64,000 nt of DNA, from contig OX597815.1 in NCBI GenBank assembly GCA_951406725.2, positions 96,720,001 to 96,784,000 on the forward strand, read 5' to 3'. This stretch comes from Octopus vulgaris. Its lineage: Eukaryota. A model generated the notes under the pieces. That model was not told the DNA's origin. It searched no databases and was given only the letters and a program-made list of their open reading frames with translations. Each line of letters begins with the position of its first letter. The first letter of the stretch is position 1. Position numbers and translations under genes: made by a program. Positions 13,590-27,584 of this stretch are shown piece by piece.

Positions 13590-14100
13590 ACATTTAGTAC
13601 ATCAAGCCAAGCAACATATTGTAATCCCACTATTGGCATTACATGTTAATGATTTTAAGGAAAGGAATGTTGAATAAAAATAACATGGCTATCCTTGCCT
13701 CCCCTTATAGAATTGGGTCCACTAGGTGCAGTGTATGCATAAGGGAGGCATATACTATATTGAAAAATTACAACAACGCAATGTTAAATAAATTCACTGA
13801 TGTAATACCGCCGTGTACGCATAAGATCCACTCGACGTTCCATAGTAAATTTAGAAATAGAAACAGCAATAAGAGTATGAGCAAAGCAATAACGATTGAG
13901 TTAAGTTTAGTAAGTATAGTGAGTGGTAAACGAGATATAACTAAAGTAATGTAATTAATTAAAAAAATAGCTAGGAAATTTAGAAATAGAAATAGCAATA
14001 AAAGTTAGAGCTAAGGAATAACAATTGAATTAAGTTTAGCAAGTATAGTGAGTGGTAAACGAGATAAAATTAAAGTAATGTAATTATTATAAAATAGCTG
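13590..14100 (+). mobile_element. Penelope-like element GIY-YIG endonuclease C-terminal remnant plus duplicated 3' region
   Basis: ASPYRIGSTRCSVCIREAYTIL...LNKFTDVIPPCTHK resembles the PLE endonuclease tail PY..CxxC..E..I..LNK....CxH. It is preceded by a frameshifted KERNVE..ITW and followed by a tandem duplication (13847-13975 and 13976-14100). Confidence 0.65.
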
Positions 14101-14799
14101 TTAGTCGAGGACTCGAACCTGCATATGTGGTTTTGTATGTATCGGAGAATTTATAAAATTGAAATGAAATAAAATAGAATAAATTAAGTACTGAAGTGAA
14201 ATGGTCCAGATGGCGCTGTTTGCATACAATGTACAATGGCGAATTGTATGCGTATAAAGTTCCATTCAGGATCGACGAAAAAAGTTGTTGCATGTTAGTT
14301 CAAATAAAGTTTGTGTTGCATTATATTGTTTGCCGTATTACCTATGATGTTATGAATATTCACACATTCATATATGTATATATGAATACATATATACATG
14401 TACGCTTATATATTTATACACATCCGTGTGCTTTGTAAAGTTTTATATTTCCAAATCATTTTTCTTATTGGTATTCGTGAAGCAGTTAAGAATTGCAGTG
14501 CATCAATAAACATTACAAGACGACATTCATTGACTCATAACAGTATACTCGGCGCGGAGATTTACATAAATACTTTTTTTTAGAATTACATTTAGTGTAT
14601 ATAATACACTATATACAATATATGAAAGCTTATATACATTGCACGTAAAGTAATGTCAAATATATGTGACTAGAATGGAGTGGTGAAATATTTATGTATG
14701 TAAACTTTTTCATATTGCTAGGAGTATTTCTCAAAATGGCATTGCCTGTGTGTGGTTGTGTGTATGTACGTCTGTGTGTGTTTGTATTTATTTACGTAT

Positions 14800-14850
<51 letters not shown>

Positions 14851-15096
14851 TATGCATACGGTGAGTGAGGCACAGAGTGATTGTAATGCAGATAAAAGTG
14901 ATTAGGCCTTACATGAATATATATTGAACATATATAACAAAATATGTTCAGTAGTTAAACATATATGTAGAAGCATATAGGGAGATTTACGTAGAGCATA
15001 AAAATACAGAATACTAAAGTGAGATGCATAGTTTTTAACTCAACGGCTCTTTCTGGGTGCTCGGAATTACGTAACAATTATATTGTACATAATAAG

Positions 15097-15572
15097 CACT
15101 ACTACTACTACTATAGCCAATGAACTACTGCTACAACTCCAACCACCACGGTCACTACTACTACTACGACCAACACTCTCTTCCACTGCTGCTATTACAG
15201 CTAACGGTCACTTACACTGCCGCTGATACTACTACTACTACAGCCAATAAACTGCTGCTACAACTCTGACCATCACTACCACCACGGACACTACTACTAC
15301 TACTACTATGATCAACGGTCTCTGCTACTACTGCTATTACGACCAATGGTCACTTTCACGATGCAGCCAATGATCCTATCCAACTCACAAGACAGCCATT
15401 ATGCTCCCCACTACAAAACACTTCCGCGTGGACTCTGCTGAGACGAGTAAGAAACAACTACGAACTTTATTATTAAAATATTTTTGATAAGGTTCGGTTT
15501 TCAAGAAGAACCGAAACATCTAAAATCTCTAAGAAAATAAAAATTTATCTTATATAGTGACGTTTTCAAACT

Positions 15573-15580
<8 letters not shown>
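15097..15580 (+). mobile_element. Probable PLE 3' region/pseudo-LTR with (CTA)-rich duplicated minisatellite and hammerhead-like motif
   Basis: Roughly 125 bp (CTA)n-rich unit in two copies, a hammerhead-like motif at 15484-15526, and an end at an (AT)n tract. Confidence 0.5.
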
Positions 15581-15641
<61 letters not shown>

Positions 15642-15656
15642 TACACATACATATAT

Positions 15657-16176
15657 AAGAGTGGTCTCGTTTGCGCACACATGCACTTGCGCATCCGCGC
15701 TAGCTAGTTGTGACAAGCCGATCCTACAACGAATACCTAGCGCAAGTGTGCGTATGCAAATTAACATATTTTTATTTTAAATGCAAATTAAATAAAAATA
15801 GCACACTACCTGTTTTTGGTACCCTCATGACACTCTTAAAACGTCGTTTTACGTTCTTCTAATAACTTTCAACCGAATTTGTACGAACATTTGTTATAGG
15901 ATCGACAAAATTTTCAAAATTGACATGAGTGTATTTTCGTGTTACATCTATTTCAGCAATCCCATTGTAGGCACTCCAAATTTATTTACGTCGTTTTGAA
16001 AAAAAAAATAATTTAGTTTGTTTAGAAAAAAATATAATTTATTGACTCTGTTAAAAAAAATCATCTATTAATTTACATACGCACACTCACGCTTGGTAGT
16101 TATTATAGGACCGACTAGTCATGACTAGCAAGTGCGGATATGCGAGTACGCGAGTGCACTCACTGGGATCACTCTT
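15657..16176. mobile_element. MITE / non-autonomous DNA transposon with imperfect TIRs of about 110 bp
   Basis: 15657-15762 (aagagtggtc...gcatccgcgctagctagttgtgac...gtgtgcgtatgcaaatt) is the reverse complement of 16071-16176. The interior is AT-rich and non-coding. Confidence 0.85.
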
Positions 16177-16187
16177 CTTAAATAGTA

Positions 16188-16233
<46 letters not shown>

Positions 16234-16271
16234 TACATACATGTGTGTGTGTGTGTGTGTGTGTATGTTAG

Positions 16272-16645
16272 TGTGGAGGCGCAATGGACCAGTGGCTAGG
16301 GCAGCGGACTCGTGGTCTTAGGTTTGCGGTTTCGATTCCAGACCGGGCGGGCATTGTGAGTGTTTATTGAGCGAAAACACCTAAAACTCGACGAGGCTCC
16401 GGTAGGGGGGGGGGTGAACCCTGCTGTACTCTTTCACCACAGCTTTCTCTCACACCTTCTTTCTGTTTCTGTTGTACCTGTATTTCAAAGGGTCATCCTT
16501 GTTACACTGTGTATCATGCTGAATCTACGTTAAGAGTACACGTGTCTGTGGAGTGCTCAGTCACTTGCACGTTAATGAGCTGCAACGTCAGTGATGCCAA
16601 GCTGTATCGGCCTTTGTCTTTCCTTTGGATAACAACAGTGGCGTA
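16272..16645 (+). mobile_element. tRNA-derived SINE, family C
   Basis: A box tggaccagtgg, B box gtttcgattcc. The 3' domain ctacgttaagagtacacgtgtctgtggagtgctcagtcacttgcacgttaat is shared with the minus-strand SINE at 29160-29455. Confidence 0.8.
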
Positions 16646-16909
16646 CATGTGTATGTGTGTGTATTTCATATTACGCACATTATCTGATATGCATATCTAT
16701 AAGTTAGAAAGACCAGAGAAATATAGTTAATATTTCAAAAATTTACAGTCTACTGTGTCTCGTTATGGGCGTAATTCTGAAAGTAGTTTATAATCTCTGA
16801 TAATATTTACGTCTGTACTCGTGGAAGTGTGTGCGTGTGTGCGTACGTGAGTGCGTGTGTGTATGTGTGCGTGCGCGTGTGTCTCGTTTTGTATCTTCTG
16901 TCTGCACCT

Positions 16910-17450
16910 TCAAGAACTTTTCCTTAGTTTCAAGTTTTAATAGCAGCCTTCTCACTTAAAATACACCCACGTACTTAATTTTGTTATGCACTTACACACA
17001 TATCAGTAACACTTTCCACCTTGTTCTTGCCGTATCATATCTTTCAAGAATATCTTTACTCCCGTAGGCTCATACACTCTCGCAGCAGCTCATGGGCAGG
17101 TTTTCCAACATCATGCCGACGCATCCTCTCAACAATCCAACAATAATTACACACTTGTACAATGTTATACACAAACATACATCACACTAAGTTATGTACT
17201 GATCTTCTGCCTGCTTCGAGACGCACATAGTCTGTTACACTTGGCTCTGAATACATTTACTTCTTCCCTTCTTCCCTCTCTTTCATAGAACAAACAGCTC
17301 TCTAATCTTTTTTCTAACACCTCGACAGCTTTCTTTAATCTTTATCTTCATTGAGCTCGTTGCTTCGTGTACCCATTCTCCCGGCCCTTCTTCATCTTTA
17401 CTACGTTTATTGTCAAATATTCTTCTTCCTGTGTTCCTATCAATGTTCAC
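16910..17450 (-). mobile_element. Possible ancient RTE-clade LINE relic
   Basis: Fragmentary peptides KAVEVLEKRLE, GKPAHELL and KYVGV occur in the expected RT order. Heavily decayed. Confidence 0.3.
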
Positions 17451-17518
17451 TGCAGTTACATTTTAAATAAACATACAGAGACACACCAGAGACGCACACA
17501 TACGCATACACAGAGATA

Positions 17519-17556
<38 letters not shown>

Positions 17557-17651
17557 TACTGTAAGTTTAGAGAGAATACTTGATAAGTGTAAGCACCTGT
17601 ATATGCCAGATAGTCTCAGAGGTGAGAGAATATATCAAACATAAATTGAAA

Positions 17652-17736
<85 letters not shown>

Positions 17737-17889
17737 GTCATGTGTGTGTGTATGTGTGTGTTACATGTTATAGATATAGGGTTTTGGGGACAAATTTGAA
17801 AGTTTTCATGAATAGAAAAGAAAACACACAATCCCATTCCAAAATACAAGTATTAAAAAAATCAATATATATCAACCAGATCAGGGCTG

Positions 17890-18240
17890 GGAAACAACAT
17901 TTTACTCCAAAGCAAATGATTTTAGCTTACACCATGGCATGGAAAATCAGGGAATTTGCGTATGCATACCTCTCTGTGTCCCTGGGACGATTTTTGAATA
18001 CGTCTTTGATCTTGGACACCAGCCCGTTCTTACTGTTGCAGGCAGAGCGTCTGATGTCTTTCTTAACCGTGCCTTACACTAATTACCCCATACATTTACA
18101 ATCAGAGGAACTAGGACTCCAGAAATTGGGGCTGGTGATATCATAAAAATTCTCTGATAACCACTTCTGACTCTTTCCGATGATATGGAAAACGCTCCTG
18201 CTACCACAGATAAGTCCTTCCAACAGTAGTGCTGTGCGTG
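17890..18240 (+). mobile_element. Possible old CR1/L2/Jockey-group LINE 3' relic
   Basis: KQHFTPKQMILAY resembles RKYFTPEQLL.LY, and IWKTLL resembles LWNSLP. Frameshifted. Confidence 0.3.
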
Positions 18241-19239
18241 TAAGTATGCAAGATAGTTCCACGTAGATAACCTTCGTCAAAGTTGCTTCCAGTGTATTGG
18301 TTAAGCTACTAGTGTACTTAGTGTAATTACTATTTATGATATACAAAACAAATGTGGGAGACATTTCGAAAAAAACGCACGTTCGTATCTTTAGTTCCCT
18401 CTCAAAATAAAATGTCTCACCATCCTGCCGATTTAGACATTAGATCTTTGTCACATAATGAAATAAACTGTTCCGGGATGATCCGTTGTGGTTAAACATC
18501 CGATTCCACTTGTAACAGTCAACGCTGTCTTCAAAACAGCTACAATTTTGTAAAACGTATGTAGGAATGTTTATACACACTTCTGCTTAAATAACATCAC
18601 AATCAATATATAAGGAAACAACAACACAAACAACAACGACGACTACAAGAAGAAGAACAACAACAAGAACAATAACAACAACAACAATTATAATAATGCG
18701 ATTTTAGAATATACACTCCATATAGTCAAGGAAATAAGACGAAAACTATTCTGATCATTTATGTATGAATTCACTTCATACATTTATTTTCTATAAAAAA
18801 TACCATTTATAGACATATTCTTGGAATTGAATATTTATTGCATTATAAATTCAAATGCAAATAAGACATCTAATTCACTTTAAAATGTTATTATCTTTTC
18901 TTTTTCAGTTTTATGAAGTATTATCCAATAATTTTTAAGTGATTCGTCCAAATAATAAGTTTTATACATAAATACATATTTAGCAAAATGATTTTACGAA
19001 ATCAAGATAACCAAAGTTATGCTAAAGTTATTCTAAAAGTATTGTTATTGAGAATTATATACACACTCAAAAAATGTTATATTTGTAAGGAATATTCAAC
19101 TTAGGCATTCTTGAATATAAGACAACTCATGCTAAAGAAAATCTGCGATTGACTTTGCTTTGGTGATGCTACCACACAAGACAGTGTATCATAGCTGTCT
19201 ACATGCAGTATGGTTTAATGAATTGCATTCTTTAATATA

Positions 19240-20055
19240 TCAGGTCATCCCATAAGTAATGTCCGAATTTTGAGTAATGAAAACAAGTTATCAAATTTAT
19301 ATTTAATTGAAATTTAATCATCAATGTACTTTTCCTGATTATCTATGACTTCCTTCCATCTATTTACAAGATTTTAAATCCCATCAATGTGAAACACTTT
19401 TGGTTTCAAAGCGAAGAACTCTGAAATGTCAATTTCGACCCCCTCCTTACTTGTGAAAGTTATGTCCCCCAAATGATTCTGTAAATTACTGAACAAATGG
19501 TAGTCTGAAGGAACAAGGTCGGGAGAATAAGTATTAATTGTTGCATTAGGTAGTAACAATTCAAAACGAATTACTCCTTATCAATCCCACCAGATAGAGA
19601 GAAGAACCTTTTTTTCTATGAAGTTGCCTTGTCGGTTGTGGTTGAGCCATTTTCCTTTTAACAAGCCACTGTTTACGACGTTTAACATTACGAAGAACAT
19701 CCATTTTTCGTCACCCATCATCAGTCGATCCAGAAATGGTGAAATGAGTTCGCAGATGTCAACTCGGAATTTGTGGTTGCTTTCGGACAATTCATGAGGA
19801 ACACATTTTCCAAGTTTAGAAAACTTTCCGAGTTGTTGAAGATGACGATGAACAGTTGTATGGTTTGAACTAAGCTTTATTGTCATTTCTTCAAATAATA
19901 ATGCAGGATTTTCTTCAAGTAATTCATCAAGGGGCTTATCATTAAATTCAACTGGACGTCCTGTTCGATCTTCATCTTCAAGGCTGAAATCTCCACTTCT
20001 GAATTTTGCAAACCATCTTCTGCATGTTCTTTCACTCAAGCATTCTTTCACAGAA
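19240..20055 (-). mobile_element. mariner transposon relic (5'-truncated, internally deleted transposase)
   Basis: ORFs give LSERTCRRWFAKFRSGDFSLEDEDRTGRP, VPHELSE, MGDEKW, KKVLLSIWWD and YSPDLVPSDYHLF. A TA-flanked TIR (tcaggtcatcccataagtaat) sits at about 19240. Confidence 0.92.
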
Positions 20056-20871
20056 ATTATTGTTGGTTGAACAAACGGTTATCGCTGACAATATTTCTAA
20101 CCAAAATTGAAACATCGGGCACATATTCATGATATCCAATTCACACTCTGTTGTCTTAGGCACAATGAAAATATTGAACTATGCTGTCTTGGGATCAATT
20201 CACAATAGCAGAATACAAGACATTAATGGAAGAAATGAATTGACTCACGTGGTTGCAGTTATATTCGGCTACCTTTTATTAAAGATTGACAGCTTTAATA
20301 GTTTCTCTGATAGCAGTTAGCTGTAGAAACACTTATTAATATTAGTATCTACTACTCTAATACTGGACAAAACGTCTGTCGGGGCCTCTATCCACTCATT
20401 CCCCTCTCCTTCCATCCATCTATTTATGAATCTTTCTAGATACCTACCCTCCTTCATTATATCTATAAACATATATACATGCGTGTTTGTAATATATATT
20501 CCTGGATTTGCGCACATATATCTACATAATACTTACAAGCACACACACACACAGTCACACATATATATAGATACATAGATATAGATATATATATATTTCT
20601 GTGTTTTTATGTGTACATGCTTTTATGTACTAGTGTGTCTATATATGTATATATACAGGTGTTTACGTATCTTTATATGTCTTATATATACATACACACA
20701 TATGTACATATATGTGAGTGCGTATGTGTGAGTGTACGTGCGTGCGTGCTCGGATACACCTATTCATTTATAAATATTTATATACCCATCCGATTTCAAT
20801 TAACATTCCACTTCAGGATCCCCCATCCCATTATCAAATTCACATATTATACACACACACACACACGCACA

Positions 20872-20944
<73 letters not shown>

Positions 20945-20949
20945 GTCTG

Positions 20950-21030
<81 letters not shown>

Positions 21031-21063
21031 GTATATATATATATGTATATGTATATATATATG

Positions 21064-21095
<32 letters not shown>

Positions 21096-21172
21096 CATAT
21101 ATATGTATATATATATATGTATATATATATATGTGTGTTTATATATGTATGTATGTATGTGTGTATATATGC

Positions 21173-21220
<48 letters not shown>
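20872..21220. repeat. (CTAT)n plus degenerate (AT)n microsatellite
   Basis: Direct reading. Confidence 0.95.
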
Positions 21221-21226
<6 letters not shown>

Positions 21227-22280
21227 TACCTCAGTACGGTTGGTATTTATTGAGTGGGCGAAACATTTATGTCTTACGCAGTACGTGGCTGCTAATAAAC
21301 TTCCTTTACCAGAAGGGAAAACACATTCCAAGTTCCAAGTTTATATATTTTCCGTGAAGTTACCTTCCGCTGCTATTGCAACCAGATTCTTTCATCAAGT
21401 AATTTCTTTGCTGCTCAACTTTGGTTTTACACTTCTTTGATGTTTCCTTATAAATCTGTTAATCTTATATACCAAGGACGAAGACTTGGGTAATATCGCT
21501 TTTATTATCGTCATTCTTCTTATTGTTTCCAGCATGTACTATTCATACGCATATACACATATATCTCAAGCTTAAGCATACACGTGCACCGACGTCTTGC
21601 TCACATACATACTCACACTTAAATATGTATAGGCGCAGCGTTGGCTACTTGGTTTTAATAGTAGTTGATCTTAACGTTTCCAGACAAAATTTCTTTGATT
21701 AAATTATGTGGAAGCTTCTAAGGGAAGCATCACAGTGTCTGTTAAAAGTTTTTTTATTTTGCCTGGTTTATTGTCACACATAGACATGGGGTAGCTGTAG
21801 TGCATTCTACATTGTTGCTGTTATTTGTACCTGGTTGGTCTATCGGTGGTATTTACATTCTTTTAACAACCTGTCGGCTCAGTCCCCATGCTTAGTCATA
21901 GATGCTGCAATTCCGGTTCTGACTAAGAAAAAATAAACTGAGTATAATGTTGTGCATATATATGTGAGTGTGTGTGCATCTGTATGCGTGTGTTTATATG
22001 TATGTATGTATGATTGTGTGTGTGTGTGTGTATGTGTGTGTGCATGTGTGTGTATGTGTAATGTGTGAGTGTGTTTATTTGCATTTGTGAGTGTGTGTAT
22101 CTATAAACAGATGTATATTGCTTTTACTTTGGAATGATGAAAAGATAATCTTACTCACCGATTTCATTTGTATTAACTTGATTATTAGTGACTAATGTTC
22201 CATTTGTTTTGTTCACGTGATTAAGTGAACACACTCTTGATTATATATATACATATATATATGTGTGTTTCACGATCATA

Positions 22281-22364
<84 letters not shown>

Positions 22365-24296
22365 TGTGTGTATTATAAAATACACCTATCTATCTATATA
22401 TATATATATATATATAGATATGAACACACATCTGTCTATCTGTAAACACAGACACATAGATATTTATCGATATGTAGATAGCTACATAGTTAAATAGATA
22501 CATATTATATTAAGTCTTTAAGCATTCGTAATGTAGGAATTGATTGAATTACTAATTTATACCACAGTTAGCATAATTAATATTGATTTTTATTTGAGTT
22601 TACACATACAGCAAGTATAAAATCGTGTTGACTATATATTTCAGCATATTATAAGTTGCCTAAATAAATGGCCACCTTCACTTTCTAATTACATTATCAA
22701 TCAACATTATTTCTTAAAATCTACGTATAATGCTATACGAAATGTCCCAATAGTAACTTTTATAGCAAGGAATGGCAAAAGGTATACTTTCATTCATGAT
22801 GACAGAGGCTTAAAACACAGAATTATTTCTGTTGCTCACGTGGCCAAAAGTAATGTTGCATTTATTTCATCTTTCTTCAATGACAATGTTATTCTCTCTC
22901 CTGATCTGAACACCGAGCTTATCTTATTTTCGCCTCACAATTTTATCCCCAGCTTTCTTTTGCAATAGCTACCCTCTTCATTTAAATTATCCTATCTTCC
23001 CCTAACGGACTTCAACTCAATCAAATTATCTTGCCGTCTCTATCTCATCTGACTTCTCTGAGTCAAAAGTTTCCACTTTTCCATGTGAGATGATCTTATA
23101 TTCTCTCGCTCACACTTTCTTTCTTTCTTTTTTCTTTTTTTTCTTCCTTTTCCTTTCTTTCTTTCTCTCTCACTCTTTTTACCCTTCCTCTTTCTAGTTT
23201 ATTTTCATGTAGAAAATAAAATGACTTTATCTGAAACATTGGTGGACCTCTCTCGTTTTCGTACGGACTTACGTAATTTTCTATCCAAAAACTGAGGTTT
23301 TACGACGCAATATATTGCCAGTCATATTTGTTAGTGTATTTATTATAACTATTGACATATTTGCTTGTTGGTTATTATCGTACCAGAACCGACGGAGCAA
23401 TAGTTGAAAACTGTGCATCGTAGCAACACTTTAATATAAACAGGAAATTCGTTATCTTCACAAACAATCAGCTATGAAACCTAAACACACATATAAAAAA
23501 CTTAATGGAAGTACAGTGTCTCACTCATGAACTCGAACAAAGAGTTTTTATTTACTAATCATCTTCCAATTAAGACCACAATTAATTAATAGTAACTACT
23601 ACGAATAATTTTCTATTATGTTTGAGTATTCACTATCATCTACATTGAAATTCAATTGACCATTATTGCCATTCATATTTTCAAACTTATGTGCAATTCA
23701 AATCAATTCACGTACCACATTTCCCATCCTATCAAACATTTACTGTCCATTGCATAGTTTTTAGACTGTCTAACACACCGGAGACATTTGTTTAAACAAA
23801 TGACAATCCATTGAAAAATATTTCCATATCACCAACAGATACCCACACAGTTATCGACATTTACTAATCAATAATAGATGAACCCACAAGAGTTCTTGCT
23901 TTTATTTTCAATTGTTTCTCCGCTGTGTATACACACTTATATAAATTTATTTTACCTTATCACTCTTGATACGCAGTCTGTCTAGCCGTCTGTTCCATCA
24001 ACTCGAGTCAATAATTTAACATTTCAGCAACTTCGAAACAACGCCTACATGGCTGTCAACTATCATTCAGCTTGGCTACATATGTGTGTACGTTTGTGTA
24101 CATGCATGCACGCGCAGACACACATACACTCACTCTCTCTCTTTCTCGCTCTCTCACTCTCTGAAACACACAGAGATGCACATACACACGTATATATGTG
24201 TATGCTTTTTATGACTAATATATATATACATGCTTGTGAGTATATCTTTCTTTGTGTATATATGTATATATGTATTCATATATATATATATATATC

Positions 24297-24399
<103 letters not shown>

Positions 24400-24429
24400 G
24401 GATATATATATATATATGGATACATACAT

Positions 24430-24471
<42 letters not shown>

Positions 24472-25355
24472 GGATATATATATATATGGATACATACATA
24501 TATACATCTAAACATATTTCTATATGTTATGCAGATCAAAGCATATATGCAGTCAAACTCTAGCTATATTTAAGAAGTAATAACTTTATAAATACAATCC
24601 TGCCAGTAACTTCGAAATTTCTCTCTACTGGTAAATTTTTTAGTGTGAGTAATGTTTATATGCTTGACTTAAAGCACTTAAGTATACATAATAACATAAT
24701 AAATTTCCAGTATTTCTCAAAACCATTGGGAAATATATTTTATGTGAAATTGCACATTTTTCGTGAATTAGGTTATATGAACTGTTGAAGGCAACTTAGA
24801 GAGTTCAATGTGTTCCAATGATCACAGACAATATGTAATGATGACTTCAGTACTTACACAAGGGGTCCTGATAAAATTATACTAAAGTTATTTTTACAGT
24901 CAATATGCATGAATTATACTATGACAGTTGACAACCGCATTTTAATATCATTTTATTGCATAGGCACAGACACTTTATAATATTACTTATATTATGATTG
25001 CCTGAGATATTACTCATCATTCATCTTATGTTGAAATTTAATCATTTCTTTTTGTTTCTGGAGAATAACTCTTGACGGAGAATGATCTGAATAATTTGAA
25101 TAATTCATTGCCGTATTCTCCATCATACTATATTTAATATCTTTCTATTCTCAGCAGCACATATAAGCCTATATGTCCTGGTTTATGTACTTGTGATAAT
25201 ACAGAAACAGAAGTACGAGGTCTAACTAAAGTTGCTTGTTGTATCCTATGCCACATTTCCATTGAAGATTCACTCCAAGTACAAAGACAATTAGACATGC
25301 ATATATGAACGTATGTGTATGTATATACATGCAAGAGTATATATATTATGTATAA

Positions 25356-25407
<52 letters not shown>

Positions 25408-25690
25408 TGGGGGGAGATAGATAGATAAATATACATCGATACATTCATATGCATACACACATAACTTGCGTGTTACCATGCTAAATTTTTTCCCATAGTG
25501 CATTCTTCACGGGGATGCGCTTATAGCGTGCTTTTACATTGAGGTTGACTTATCATGTAATATCTTGTTGTACATTTCTAATACTGTATGCTTTGTTGTA
25601 AGTCTCATTACATTTTATAGTGTAGATAGAGATAAATGTATGTACGTATGTATTTATGTATCTATTTCTCTCTCTCTCTCTTCCTGTATA

Positions 25691-25726
<36 letters not shown>

Positions 25727-25738
25727 TATGTGTATATG

Positions 25739-25777
<39 letters not shown>

Positions 25778-25892
25778 GTGTATGTATATATATATGTATA
25801 TGTATGTATATATATATGTGTATGTACATATATATTTATGTATATATGTATATGTGTATATGTATATATGTATATGTATATATGTATATATG

Positions 25893-26245
25893 AACCTACA
25901 CTCGCCTCCTTATGAGAGCTCAAAATCTCTCGTGGAGGCGCCATCCAACTAAAATGCAAATATATGGGAAATTACCACCTGTGTCATCTCTTGTGAAGGG
26001 TAGGAGAGTCCAGTTTGCTGGACATTGTTGTAGAGCTGAAAAAGAAGTAATTTCTACTCTTCTCCTCTGGAAGCCATCTACTCGCAACACCAGAAGGCGC
26101 ACACTCTCCTACCCTGATGTAATCTCCAGGGATACAGGCATCCAGCAACAGGACCTCCGTAATGCTATGATGGACCGTGAAGTCTGGCGCAACATGGTAA
26201 ATTCCATTGTCTCGACCACGGTCGAATAATGATGATGATGATGAT
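25893..26245 (+). mobile_element. RTE-clade LINE 3' fragment with (TGA)n tail
   Basis: [17 protein letters not shown]...RRVQFAGHCCRA...LLLWKP...AMMDREVWRNMV is the RTE C-terminal signature. The stop is followed by tgatgatga, and the element sits within a degenerate (TA)n tract. Confidence 0.85.
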
Positions 26246-26290
26246 ATGTATATATGTATATATATATATATATATAAGTATATATATATA

Positions 26291-27138
26291 TTAGATTGTA
26301 ATTTAAATGTAATAAAATTCTTCGGAAGTGTTAGAGAACTGATTTATTTAATCAAAGTATAATCCACATTCATTTATGACGTTTATCCAACGTTTTTCTA
26401 TGTCATATATTCCATCTTTAAAAGAAAATTCATTTTTGCCATGACAAACTGTCCGAATGCTTCAATTATCTCTTCTCTATTTAAGAATGTTTTATCGCTT
26501 GTGGACAGCTGAAAATGCTTAAATGAGTAATGACCAGTAGGAGATATATCAGGGGAATAGGTAGGATATTGCAAAATCTCATAATTGAGACCTTGCAAAT
26601 TTTGGACCTTAGCTTGAGGAGCGTGAGGAGGTGCCTTGTTATGGATCAAAATTGGGTCATCACTATTCACTAGTCTGGGTTGTTTCTTTTTGAAATTCTC
26701 ATGCATACAATCAATTTCATGACAATGCGATGTTGCTGTTACCGTGTTTAATGAATAAATCCCTTTGGAGACCACCATACAGTGACCGCATAACTGTTTA
26801 GGGTGCAACAGTGGGTTTCGGTAATGTTCAGGTGACTCTCCTCAACTAATCGCTGTCCTGTTCTCCTGAACGACTGCTTTGGAACCATCTCTGAACAGTT
26901 TTTTATATTCCGTGGAGCTTCTGTGGCAAATTGACCTAGCTTGTAATCATACGATAAAATCACTCAACATAATTTGCTTGTTATCATTTTCATAAGATGT
27001 GTGGGTACGAATTTTGAATGCCAGTATTGTAAGAAAAGAAAAAGAGTCAAGAGTAAATGCAAGGTACACATAATTAAGCTTTTAATGACTGAAATAGCAA
27101 GTAATTAAAAATGCGACATTTCATGTGAAACGACCTAA
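26291..27138 (-). mobile_element. mariner transposon relic, internally deleted, TA-flanked
   Basis: ILSYDYKLGQFATEAPRNI (HTH), VTVWWSPKGFIH, ILIHNKAPPH and YSPDISPTGHYSF. Degenerate TIRs ttagattgt... and ...acgacctaa are each next to TA. Confidence 0.88.
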
Positions 27139-27540
27139 TATATATAGGGTGCTGGCATAAAGGTAGGTTACTACCAGAGAAGCTCTCAATACGAATCATT
27201 AGATACAGGAAATCCTGGTTTCACGACGGTAAAGCCGTTGTGTGGGTGTTGCGAAGAATAAGAACTAAGAATAAGAAACAAAGAAATACTTTAACACCTC
27301 TTTAATCGTCAGTTGCAAATGTTTGTTTAGAAACACTAGTTACAACGCCAGTTAATGCAAAATTGGAAGTGAAAATTTACATAATATTTGCGGTGTTAGA
27401 TATTTGAGTGGTACTTCATCGGACTTGCATCTTACTTTGGCACAATGGTGCTGTACGCAGAGTTGGTACAGACATAATTAGAACCGATGACTTCAGATGT
27501 GTTAAAGCATTTCTTTGTCTTATTCCTATTATATATATAC

Positions 27541-27584
<44 letters not shown>

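Noticed and set aside
15097-15370. Thr-rich mucin-like coding potential
   Set aside because: A (CTA)n-derived minisatellite inside a probable PLE terminus, with no supported splice sites or long ORF.
19581-20051. SETMAR-like domesticated transposase gene
   Set aside because: Truncated, internally deleted and still TIR-bounded; an ordinary mariner relic.
21240-21940. Faint LINE-like peptides (KLGTWNV here; WNELAEK near 45940)
   Set aside because: Single short motifs, insufficient to call an element by eye.
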